This document shows positions 8,229-16,246 of a stretch of DNA of 24,000 bases, one piece after another. Under the pieces are notes generated by a model. That model ran no database searches. It saw only the letters and a program-made list of their open reading frames with translations, and was not told where the DNA came from. The first letter of the stretch is position 1. Every line of letters begins with the position of its first letter. Position numbers and translations under genes: made by a program. This DNA is from Actinomycetales bacterium (lineage in GTDB: Bacteria; Actinomycetota; Actinomycetes; Mycobacteriales; SCTD01), in the NCBI GenBank assembly GCA_036675425.1, contig JAKFFB010000045.1, positions 11,408 to 35,407 of the forward strand. Direction: 5' to 3'.

Positions 8229-10286
8229 ATGACCGAGCAGGTGCAGTCGATCGGCTCCGAGCCCACCGCGGACGTCAGCCCGCCCGCCGCCGCCGAGCGC
8301 CCGACGCGCGACAAGCCGTGGGTGATGCGGACCTACGCGGGGCACTCCACGCCCAAGGACAGCAACGCGCTCTACCGGCGCAACCTCGAGAAGGGGCAGA
8401 CCGGCCTCTCGGTCGCCTTCGACCTGCCGACGCAGACCGGCTACGACCCCGACGACGAGCTGTCGCGCGGCGAGGTCGGCAAGGTCGGCGTGCCGGTCAC
8501 GCACATGGGCGACATGCGGGCGCTGTTCGACAGCATCCCGCTCGCCGAGATGAACACCTCGATGACCATCAACGCCACCGCGATGTGGCTGCTGGCGCTC
8601 TACCAGGCGGTGGCCGAGGAGCAGGGTGCCGACCCGAAGCAGCTGGCCGGGACCACGCAGAACGACATCATCAAGGAGTACCTCTCCCGCGGGACCTACG
8701 TCTTCCCGCCCGGGCCGTCGCTGCGGCTGATCACCGACATGGTGGCCTACACCGTCAGCGAGATCCCGAAGTGGAACCCGACGAACATCTGCAGCTACCA
8801 CCTGCAGGAGGCCGGCGCGACGCCCGTGCAGGAGATCGCCTACTCCCTGTGCACCGCCATCGCCGTGCTCGACGCGGTGAAGGCCGCCGGTCAGGTGCCG
8901 GAGGAGCGCTTCGGCGAGGTCTGCGCGCGCATCTCCTTCTTCGTGAACGCGGGCGTCCGGTTCGTGGAGGAGATGTGCAAGATGCGCGCCTTCACCCAGC
9001 TCTGGGACGAGCTGCTGCTGGAGCGCTACAACGTGCAGGACCCCAAGCACCGTCGTTTCCGCTACGGCGTCCAGGTCAACTCGCTCGGCCTGACCGAGGC
9101 GCAGCCGGAGAACAACGTCCAGCGCATCGTGCTCGAGATGCTCGGTGTGACGCTGTCCAAGGACGCCCGGGCCCGCGCCGTCCAGCTGCCGGCCTGGAAC
9201 GAGGCGCTCGGCCTGCCGCGGCCGTGGGACCAGCAGTGGTCGCTGCGCCTGCAGCAGGTGCTGGCGTTCGAGACCGACCTGCTGGAGTACGACGACCTGT
9301 TCACCGGCTCGGTGGTCGTGGAGGCCAAGGTCGCCGCGCTCAAGGACGAGGTGCGCAAGGAGATCGACCGCGTGCAGGCCATGGGCGGAGCGGTCGCGGC
9401 CGTCGAGTCCGGCTACATGAAGAGCGCGATGGTGGGCTCGCACGCCGAGCGCCGCCGCCGGATCGAGGCCGGCGAGGACGTCGTGGTGGGCGTCAACAGG
9501 TTCACGACGACCGAGCCGTCGCCGCTCACCGCCGACATCGACAACGCCATCATGACCGTCGACCCCGAGGTCGAGCAGCAGGCGATCGACGCGGTGCGGA
9601 AGTGGCGCGCCGAGCGCGACGCGGCCGCCGTCGACGAGGCGCTTCGCGGACTGCGCGACGCCGCCAAGACCGACGCCAACCTGATGGCCGCCACGGTCGC
9701 CTGCGCGAAAGCCGGTGTCACGACAGGAGAGTGGGCCGGCGCGCTGCGCGAGGTCTTCGGCGAGTACCGCGCGCCCACCGGTGTCTCCGGCGCCGTCGCC
9801 TCGGGGGAGGCGGGCGAGGCGATCGCCGCGGTCCGCGAGGCCGTCAAGAAGACCGGCGAGGAGCTGGGCGTGCGCCTGCGCTTCCTCGTGGGCAAGCCCG
9901 GCCTCGACGGGCACAGCAACGGCGCGGAGCAGATCGCCGTACGCGCCCGCGACTGCGGCTTCGAGGTCGTCTACCAGGGCATCCGGCTCACGGCGGCGCA
10001 GATCGTGGCCGCCGCCGTCGAGGAGGACGTGCACGTCATCGGCCTGTCGATCCTGTCCGGCTCGCACATGGAGGCGGTCCCGGCGGTCCTCAAGGGACTG
10101 CAGGCGGCCGGCGTCGGCGAGGTGCCCGTGGTCGTCGGCGGGATCATCCCCGACGGCGACGCCCGCCGGCTCAAGGAGCAGGGGGTCGCGGCGGTCTTCA
10201 CCCCCAAGGACTTCGAGCTGACCGGCATCATGCGCACGGTCGTCGACGTGGTGCGCGAGGCCAACGGGCTGTCCCCGCTGTCGTGA
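8229..10286 (+). CDS. meaA: Fused coenzyme-B12-dependent acyl-CoA mutase, MeaA / ethylmalonyl-CoA mutase type
   Basis: A single 685-aa polypeptide joins a mutase TIM-barrel domain to a C-terminal B12-binding domain carrying DxHxxG (DGHSNG, nt 9906-9923). The N-terminal KPWVMRTYAGHS...GQTGLSVAFDLPTQTGYDPD matches the MeaA/Ecm subclade as I recall it, whereas MCM has YAGFS / DLATHRGYD. Substrate specificity is not provable from sequence alone. Confidence 0.82.
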   Translation: MTEQVQSIGSEPTADVSPPAAAERPTRDKPWVMRTYAGHSTPKDSNALYRRNLEKGQTGLSVAFDLPTQTGYDPDDELSRGEVGKVGVPVTHMGDMRALFDSIPLAEMNTSMTINATAMWLLALYQAVAEEQGADPKQLAGTTQNDIIKEYLSRGTYVFPPGPSLRLITDMVAYTVSEIPKWNPTNICSYHLQEAGATPVQEIAYSLCTAIAVLDAVKAAGQVPEERFGEVCARISFFVNAGVRFVEEMCKMRAFTQLWDELLLERYNVQDPKHRRFRYGVQVNSLGLTEAQPENNVQRIVLEMLGVTLSKDARARAVQLPAWNEALGLPRPWDQQWSLRLQQVLAFETDLLEYDDLFTGSVVVEAKVAALKDEVRKEIDRVQAMGGAVAAVESGYMKSAMVGSHAERRRRIEAGEDVVVGVNRFTTTEPSPLTADIDNAIMTVDPEVEQQAIDAVRKWRAERDAAAVDEALRGLRDAAKTDANLMAATVACAKAGVTTGEWAGALREVFGEYRAPTGVSGAVASGEAGEAIAAVREAVKKTGEELGVRLRFLVGKPGLDGHSNGAEQIAVRARDCGFEVVYQGIRLTAAQIVAAAVEEDVHVIGLSILSGSHMEAVPAVLKGLQAAGVGEVPVVVGGIIPDGDARRLKEQGVAAVFTPKDFELTGIMRTVVDVVREANGLSPLS

Positions 10287-11077
10287 CCGCCGAGCCGCGC
10301 GCCATCGACTCGGCCACGGCGCGCCGGCTGCGCGCGGCGAACCTCGCGCTGGCAGGGCTGCACGCCGTGCAGGCGGTCGTGCTGCTCGTCCTGACGACGT
10401 CGTTCTCGATCCCCGTCACCGAGGCCTTCCCGGAGGGACCGCCCGGGAGCGCGCCGCCCGGTGCGGAGTCGCTGCTCGACCTGCCGCTGGGCGTGCTGGT
10501 CGCGGCCTTCCTGCTGCTCGCTGCAGTGGACCACCTCGTCGTCGCGCTGCCGGGCGTCTTCGAGCGGCACCTGTCGCTGCTGTCCCGCAGCCGCAACCCG
10601 TTCCGGTGGGTCGAGTACTCCTTCTCGGCAACCCTCATGGTCCTGCTCATCGGGCTGCTCACCGGTGTCACCGACGTCACCGCGGTCATCGGGATCGCCG
10701 GCGCGAACGTCGCGATGATCCTGTTCGGCGCGCGCATGGAGCGGGTGAACGAGGGGCGCGACGAGGTCGAGTGGCAGCCCTTCGTCTACGGCTGCGTCAC
10801 CGGTGCCTTCCCGTGGGTCGCGATCACGACGGCGCTGATCGGCGCGGAGGTGCGCGGCGACGGCGCCCCGGCCTTCGTCTACGTCATCTTCGTCTCGCTC
10901 TTCGTGCTGTTCATGAGCTTCGCGGTCAACCAGTGGCTGCAGTTCCGCGCCCGGTCGCGCGGCGGTCGGTGGGCCGACCCGGTGCGGGTCGAGGTGACGT
11001 ACCTCGTGCTCAGCCTGGTCGCCAAGAGCCTGCTGGCGTGGCAGGTCTTCGCGAACGTGCTTCTCTCGCCGAGCTGA
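10283..11077 (+). CDS. Heliorhodopsin (7-TM retinal protein with inverted topology)
   Basis: The 264-aa, 7-TM protein aligns block by block with my recollection of heliorhodopsin 48C12:
- NPFRWVEYSFSATLMVLLI vs NIFRWVEYSLSSSVMIVLI
- GANVAMILFG vs GVNASMILFG
- PFVYGCVTGAFPWV vs PFWFGCIAGIVPWI
- FVSLFVLFMSFAVNQWLQF vs IISLFLFFNSFALVQYLQY
- VLSLVAKSLLAWQVF vs VLSLVAKSALAWQIF

The Schiff-base Lys is present (K248, nt 11024-11026), as are the counterion Glu (E111, nt 10613-10615) and two conserved His. The GTG start overlaps the meaA TGA. Confidence 0.85.
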   Translation: MTAEPRAIDSATARRLRAANLALAGLHAVQAVVLLVLTTSFSIPVTEAFPEGPPGSAPPGAESLLDLPLGVLVAAFLLLAAVDHLVVALPGVFERHLSLLSRSRNPFRWVEYSFSATLMVLLIGLLTGVTDVTAVIGIAGANVAMILFGARMERVNEGRDEVEWQPFVYGCVTGAFPWVAITTALIGAEVRGDGAPAFVYVIFVSLFVLFMSFAVNQWLQFRARSRGGRWADPVRVEVTYLVLSLVAKSLLAWQVFANVLLSPS

Positions 11078-11150
11078 GCCCCGGGCTGCAGAATCGGGAG
11101 AGGGGTGCCGATGGACACCAGGACCCCTGCCCCGGAGCACTGGAGCGCTC

Positions 11151-12128
11151 GTGAGCCTCGCCGCCGTCCCCGCCTCACCGGTGCCGCCGCGCGCTGACGC
11201 GGCCGCCGTGGCCGCGCGCCTCGTCGGCGGGGTCGAGCAGGTCGTCCACGGCCGCCGCGCCCAGGTGGAGCTGGTCGTCTGCGCCGTGCTCGCCGGCGGG
11301 CACGTGCTGATCGAGGACGTTCCGGGCAGCGGCAAGACCACGCTCGCGCGCGCTGTGGCCGCGTGCCTCGGCGGGGAGTTCCGTCGCATCCAGGGCACCG
11401 CGGACCTGCTGCCCGCCGACATCACCGGCAGCGGCGTCTGGGAGCCCGAACGTCGCGCGTTCGCCTTCGTGCCCGGCCCGGTCTTCGGCCACGTCGTGCT
11501 CGTCGACGAGCTCAACCGCACCCCGCCGCGCACCCAGTCGGCGTTCCTCGAGGCCATGGACGAGGGCGCCGTCACCGTCGACGGGGTGCGGCACGAGCTG
11601 CCGCACCCGTTCGTCGTGCTGGCCACGCAGAACCCGCTGGAGCAGTACGGCACCTACCCGCTGCCGGAGGCCCAGCTGGACCGGTTCGCCGTCACGCTCA
11701 CCCTCGGCCCGAACGACCCCGCCACCGAGCGGCGGGTCGTCCGCGAGCAGCTCGAGCGCGCCACCGTGGACGACCTGCAGCCGGTCACCACCCCGGCGGA
11801 GCTGGTCGCCGTACGCCGCGAGGTGCGCCGCACCCACGTCGCGGACGCGGTGCTCGACCACGCGGTGCGCGTCGTCGAGGCGACCCGGTCGCACCCGGCC
11901 GTGGTGCTCGGCGCGAGCACCCGCGCGGCGCTGACGCTCGTCCACGTCGCGCAGGCGCGGGCGCTGCTCGGGGGGCGGGCCCACGTGTCGCCCGACGACG
12001 TGAAGGCGCTCGCTCCCGCCGTGCTCGGTCACCGGCTCGTGCTGCGTGACGGCTCGGGCGGGCTCGCCCGCGGACAGCGCGTCGTCACCGAGCTGCTCGG
12101 GCAGGTGCCCGTCCCGCTGGCGACATGA
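11151..12128 (+). CDS. MoxR-family AAA+ ATPase
   Basis: Walker A DVPGSGKTTLA and Walker B VVLVDELNR are present, along with TQSAFLEAMDEG...VTVDG...LPHPFVVLATQNPLEQYGTYPLPEAQLDRF. These are typical of MoxR. GGAG lies 5 nt upstream of the GTG. Confidence 0.9.
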   Translation: MSLAAVPASPVPPRADAAAVAARLVGGVEQVVHGRRAQVELVVCAVLAGGHVLIEDVPGSGKTTLARAVAACLGGEFRRIQGTADLLPADITGSGVWEPERRAFAFVPGPVFGHVVLVDELNRTPPRTQSAFLEAMDEGAVTVDGVRHELPHPFVVLATQNPLEQYGTYPLPEAQLDRFAVTLTLGPNDPATERRVVREQLERATVDDLQPVTTPAELVAVRREVRRTHVADAVLDHAVRVVEATRSHPAVVLGASTRAALTLVHVAQARALLGGRAHVSPDDVKALAPAVLGHRLVLRDGSGGLARGQRVVTELLGQVPVPLAT

Positions 12129-13129
12129 GGCCGACCGCGGGCGCCGCGCTCGCGCTCGTCGGTGCCGCCGTGCTGCACCAGCTCGCGCGCATCACCGGTG
12201 CTGCCTGGCTGGCCCTCGGCAGCGGCGCGCTGCTCGCCCTCCCGCTCGCCGCGCTGCTGCTGCGCCCGCGGCTCGACGGGATCCAGGTCGTCGCGGCGCC
12301 GCTGCACCTGCGCCGCGGCAGCACCGGCGAGCAGGCCGTCACCGTCCGGAACGCCGGTCGCCGGCCGAGCCCGCCGCTCCGGCTGACCGACGGCACGCCC
12401 GGGCTGGAGCCGACCGTCGTCGCGGTCCCCGCGCTCGCCCCGGGTGCCTCGGTCTCCGCAGTGCTCCTGCGCTCTGCGGTCGCGCGCGGCTGGACTCCGG
12501 ACGCCGAGGCCGTGCTGGAGAGCAGCGCGCCCTTCGGCCTGGTGCGCGTACGACGGTCGCTGCGCGTTGCCGGGCCGTTCGTCGTGGCACCCGCTCCCGT
12601 GGGGGCGCCGGTCGTGCAGGCCGGGGGAGAGGGAGCGGGGGACACCAGCAGCGCCGTGGCGGGGCACGGGACCGAGGTGCTGGGGCTGCGCCCCTACCGG
12701 CCCGGGGACAGCGCTACCGCGGTGCACGCCCGGGCGAGCGCCCGGCAGGGCCGTCCGGTCGTGCTCGAGCGTGAGCGGGAGACCGGCGCCGCCGTCGTCG
12801 TCCTGTGCGCTCAGCGGGGCAGCGGCCCGGAGTGGGAGGCGCTCGTCGAGCGCAGCTGCGCGCTCGCCGAGACGGCGGTACGGGAGGGCCGGCCGCCGCG
12901 GCTGCTCGCCAGCGGGCTGACCGCGCCGGTGCGACCGTCCGCGGCCGCGGTCCTCGACTGGCACGCCGCGCTCGACGGGGCGCAGCCGGTGGACGCCCGC
13001 ACGCAGGCCGAGGCGGTCCGGGCCGCAGCGCACGGCGGCTCGGTGGTCCTGATGGGCACTGCTGCGGGAGACCTGGGAGCGGCCTGCGCCGCGGCCGGTG
13101 CCCGCCTCGTCGTGCTGGGTCCGGCGTGA
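12125..13129 (+). CDS. DUF58-domain protein (MoxR-associated)
   Basis: The ATG overlaps the moxR TGA (ATGA, 12125-12128). It has N-terminal hydrophobic helices and a DUF58-like core, GLRPYRPGDSATAVHARASARQGRPVVLERE. Confidence 0.8.
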   Translation: MRPTAGAALALVGAAVLHQLARITGAAWLALGSGALLALPLAALLLRPRLDGIQVVAAPLHLRRGSTGEQAVTVRNAGRRPSPPLRLTDGTPGLEPTVVAVPALAPGASVSAVLLRSAVARGWTPDAEAVLESSAPFGLVRVRRSLRVAGPFVVAPAPVGAPVVQAGGEGAGDTSSAVAGHGTEVLGLRPYRPGDSATAVHARASARQGRPVVLERERETGAAVVVLCAQRGSGPEWEALVERSCALAETAVREGRPPRLLASGLTAPVRPSAAAVLDWHAALDGAQPVDARTQAEAVRAAAHGGSVVLMGTAAGDLGAACAAAGARLVVLGPA

Positions 13130-15003
13130 CCGGGCTGCGGGGCGCGGCGCTGGTCGCGGTCCTCACCGGGCAGGTGGCCACGGCCGTGGCGGGGGTCCTG
13201 CCCGTCCCCTTGCTGCTCGTGGCCGTGGTCATCACCGCCGCCGGGGCGGCCGTGGCCGCACGAGGGGTCGCGCAGGAGCTGGTCCGCCGCGGCGCCACCC
13301 TCGCCGTGGGCCTGCTGGCCCTCGCCGTCCTCCCCCGGATCGCCGCCGGGGAGGGGCTCCGCGAGGTGCTCGGCCCGCTGCTGGTCGGCGTGGTCGCGCT
13401 GCAGGCGTGGACCTGGCACGCCCGGTCGGACCTCCGGACCGGGGTCGTCGCGGCGTGCGGCCTGCTCGTGCTCGGCGCGTCGTACGCCCCTGACGTGCTG
13501 GTCGGCCTCCCGCTGCTGGTCGGCTGGGGGGCGGCGCTGGCGGCGCTGGTGCTCGCGGTGCGCGAGCGGTCCACCGAGGGCGCCGACGTCGTGCTCCGCG
13601 CGGCGAGCCCCCGAGCGCCGCTGGTGCTGGCGGCGGCCTTCGCCGCGCTGCTCGGACTGGTCGCCTTCCTGCTCGTCCCGGTGCCGGAGGAGGCCGGCCT
13701 GCAGAGCCGGCTCGCCCGTGCCGCCGCGGCCGCAGGGCTCTCCGGCGGGCGAGCGGCGCCCGGCGCCTACACCGGCGACGTGGTGGACCTGCGCGTCCGC
13801 GGCGAGCTGAGCGACGAGGTGCTCATCGAGGTGCCGCACGCCTCGCCGGCGCTGTGGCGCAGCGGCGTCTACACCGACTGGGACGGCGCGTCGTGGACCC
13901 GTCCCGCCCAGGCGAGGCGCGTGGGCGGGCCGCCGTTCGCGGTGGCCGACGACGCCGGCCAGGCGCGCACCGACGACGTACGCGTGCGCCGCCGGGCGAC
14001 CGGCACCGTCTGGGCGCCCGGCCCGGTGCAGGAGGTGTCGCTGCTCGGCAACGCCGTCGGGGTCGACGCCCTCGGGGCGGTGCGCGGGCCGACCTGGCCG
14101 CTCTACACGGTGCGCAGCCTGGTCGTGCAGCCGTCCGACGAGGAGCTGCGCAGCAGCACCGGCGCGGACCCGGGCGACCCGCGGTGGACGGCGCTGCCGG
14201 CGACCGTCCCGGACCGGGTGCGCGCCCTGGGCCGCCGGCTCGCGGGGGAGGCGCCGACCCGGCTCGACGCCGTGCGCGCCGTCGAGCAGTGGCTCGCCGC
14301 GAACGCGACCTACCGCCTCGACTCACCCGTCCCGCGACCGGGCGAGGACGCGGTCGATCGCTTCCTGTTCGTCGACCGGGTCGGCTTCTGCGAGCAGTTC
14401 GCCGCGGCCGAGGTGCTGCTGCTGCGGGCTGCCGGGATCCCGGCGCGCTTCGTGACCGGCCTCGCCTACGGCGTCGAGGGCAGCGACGGCTGGCGCAGCT
14501 TCCGGCAGAAGGACCTGCACGCCTGGGTGGAGGTCTTCCACCCCGGGATCGGCTGGGTCAGCTCGAACCCCACGCCCCCGGCCACCCAGCTGGCCGGTGC
14601 GCCGCTGCGGGTCCGCGTCGCGGCTCGGCTGACGGCGCTGCTCCAGTCCGCCGACGACGTCCCCGGCGGTCGTCCGGCGCTGGCCTCCGGCCTGCTCGCG
14701 CTCGCTGCGTCCGTCGCGGTCGGGCTGGTCCTGCGCCGACGCCGCCGGCCGGTCCTGGCGGCCGAGCTCCGACCGCTGCCCGTCCGCACCGAGGGACGGC
14801 CGGCGCTGCAGGCGTTCCTGCGCTGGGACGCCCGGCTCGGTGAGCGTCGCCGGCGACCGGCCGAGTCGCTGCGCGAGCTGCAGGTCAGGCTCGACCTGCC
14901 TCCCGAGCTGCGCGACGCGATCGACGTCGTCGAGCAGGAGTGCTACGCCGCGACGCCGCCGGCCGAGGCGGCCCGGGTGACGACGGTGCTGGACCGCAGG
15001 TAG
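13126..15003 (+). CDS. Polytopic membrane transglutaminase-like protein (TgpA-like) with a C-terminal TM helix and tail
   Basis: The GTG overlaps the DUF58 TGA (GTGA, 13126-13129). There are multiple N-terminal TM helices. The transglutaminase core has GFCEQFAAAEVLLLRAAGIPARFVTG (Cys422), DLHAWVEVF (His465) and GWVSSNPT (Asn481 at the usual Asp position). The upstream part of the 732-aa track ORF overlaps DUF58 out of frame. Confidence 0.85.
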   Translation: MTGLRGAALVAVLTGQVATAVAGVLPVPLLLVAVVITAAGAAVAARGVAQELVRRGATLAVGLLALAVLPRIAAGEGLREVLGPLLVGVVALQAWTWHARSDLRTGVVAACGLLVLGASYAPDVLVGLPLLVGWGAALAALVLAVRERSTEGADVVLRAASPRAPLVLAAAFAALLGLVAFLLVPVPEEAGLQSRLARAAAAAGLSGGRAAPGAYTGDVVDLRVRGELSDEVLIEVPHASPALWRSGVYTDWDGASWTRPAQARRVGGPPFAVADDAGQARTDDVRVRRRATGTVWAPGPVQEVSLLGNAVGVDALGAVRGPTWPLYTVRSLVVQPSDEELRSSTGADPGDPRWTALPATVPDRVRALGRRLAGEAPTRLDAVRAVEQWLAANATYRLDSPVPRPGEDAVDRFLFVDRVGFCEQFAAAEVLLLRAAGIPARFVTGLAYGVEGSDGWRSFRQKDLHAWVEVFHPGIGWVSSNPTPPATQLAGAPLRVRVAARLTALLQSADDVPGGRPALASGLLALAASVAVGLVLRRRRRPVLAAELRPLPVRTEGRPALQAFLRWDARLGERRRRPAESLRELQVRLDLPPELRDAIDVVEQECYAATPPAEAARVTTVLDRR

Positions 15004-15046
15004 GCCGGAGCGCCACGCGCTGGGAGCAACGACGTGCCACGGGTCG

Positions 15047-15052
15047 TAGCCT
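15047..15052 (+). promoter_or_regulatory. Candidate -10 hexamer TAGCCT, 6 nt upstream of the nucS GTG (leaderless geometry)
   Basis: The sequence reads TAGCCT-gtcccg-GTG(15059). No SD is present. Confidence 0.3.
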
Positions 15053-15058
15053 GTCCCG

Positions 15059-15712
15059 GTGCGACTGGTCCTGGCAACGTGCTCCGTCGACTACGTCGGC
15101 CGGCTCACCGCGCATCTCCCGACGGCGACCCGGCTGCTCATGGTCAAGGCCGACGGCTCGGTGCTCGTGCACTCCGACACCGGCGGCTACAAGCCGCTGA
15201 TGTGGATGACGCCGCCGTGCACGACCGTGGAGCTGGACGGCACCTGGACGGTGACCAACAAGGGCGGCGAGCAGATCGTCATCACCGTCGAGGAGGTCCA
15301 CTCCGACAGCGCGCACCACCTCGGCACCGACCCCGGGCTGGTCAAGGACGGCGTCGAGAAGCACCTGCAGGAGCTGCTCGCGGACCGCTGCGAGGTGCTC
15401 GGCACCGGCTGGACGCTCGTGCAGCGGGAGTACTTCACCGACATCGGCCCGGTGGACCTGCTCTGCCGCGACGACAGCGGCGCCCACGTGCTGGTCGAGG
15501 TGAAGCGGCACGCCGAGATCGACGGCGTCGAGCAGCTGACCCGCTACCTGCAGCGGGTGTCGACCGTGCTCGGCGACGTCAAGGGCGTGCTCGCCGCGCA
15601 GAGCTTCAAGCCGCAGGCGAAGGTGCTGGCCGCCGACCGCGGGATCACCTGCGTGCAGCTCGACTACGACGCGCTGCGGGGGATGGACCCGCACACGCCG
15701 ACGCTGTTCTAG
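15059..15712 (+). CDS. nucS: Endonuclease NucS (EndoMS, non-canonical mismatch repair nuclease)
   Basis: The sequence reads as NucS over its full length: [21 protein letters not shown]...[14 protein letters not shown]... and a RecB-like C-terminal domain ([10 protein letters not shown]...VLVEVKR). Confidence 0.92.
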
Positions 15713-16044
15713 CGGACGACCGGCAGCAGGCCGTCCAGGTCGAGGACCTTCACCACCCGGCGGACCAGTCGCGACGGCGAGCGCAGGGCGAGCCGCCCCC
15801 CGCGCGCGGCGAGCGCCCGCTGGACCGTGAGCAGCGCGGAGATGCCGGAGGCGTCGAGGAACCGGAGCTCGGACAGGTCGAGCACGAGCGCCTCGGGCGC
15901 GGTCGGCGCGGTCACGATCGGCGCCAGGCAGGAGCGCAGCCGGGGTGCGGTCGCGAGGTCGAGCTCGCCGCTCAGCGCGACGACCACGGTCGTTCCCTCC
16001 CGCGTGACGCGGGTGTCCAGGACAGGACCACCCGTCGCCGGCAC
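15709..16044 (-). CDS. STAS-domain protein (anti-sigma factor antagonist family)
   Basis: The pattern [21 protein letters not shown]...[20 protein letters not shown] has the conserved Ser in DASG. GTG at 16044 has GGAGG 6 nt upstream. Its 3' end overlaps the nucS 3' end by 4 nt (CTAG). Confidence 0.85.
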
Positions 16045-16246
16045 CTTCAGCCTCCATCCGGTCCGGCTGGGCCCGCACCGGGCGGCGCGGGGGCGGTGGA
16101 CCTTGCTCGGGCTGGCTTCTCAACCAGGTTCCAGTCTGCCGCACGCGTCGCACGATGTCCTGCACCCCCCGGCGCGCGGCGTGCGCGCGGCTGGGAGACT
16201 CGGGGGCAACCGCCGCGAGTTCGCGGCTCGAAGACAGGGAGATGAC

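Noticed and set aside
8189-10282. The first ~700 codons of the 962-aa plus-strand ORF.
   Set aside because: It is out of frame within meaA and reads as Arg/Gly/Ala-rich nonsense. Only the last 264 codons (from GTG 10283) have membrane-protein and heliorhodopsin character.
11078-11150. A possible terminator hairpin between the heliorhodopsin and moxR (AGGGGTG ... CACC-agga-CCCCT).
   Set aside because: The pairing is short and interrupted by a 4-nt bulge, and is much weaker than the other hairpins in the window. It is not called, which leaves read-through open.
8199-11653. Minus-strand ORFs of 622 aa (8199..10067) and 560 aa (9971..11653).
   Set aside because: They are antisense to meaA, the heliorhodopsin and moxR. 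They carry no recognisable domains and have shadow-ORF composition.
12029-16165. Minus-strand ORFs 12029..13033, 12714..13574, 12811..13839 and 14885..16165.
   Set aside because: They are antisense to DUF58, the transglutaminase and nucS. Their products are Arg/Pro/Gly-rich low complexity. The plus-strand genes have clear motifs and chained start/stop overlaps.
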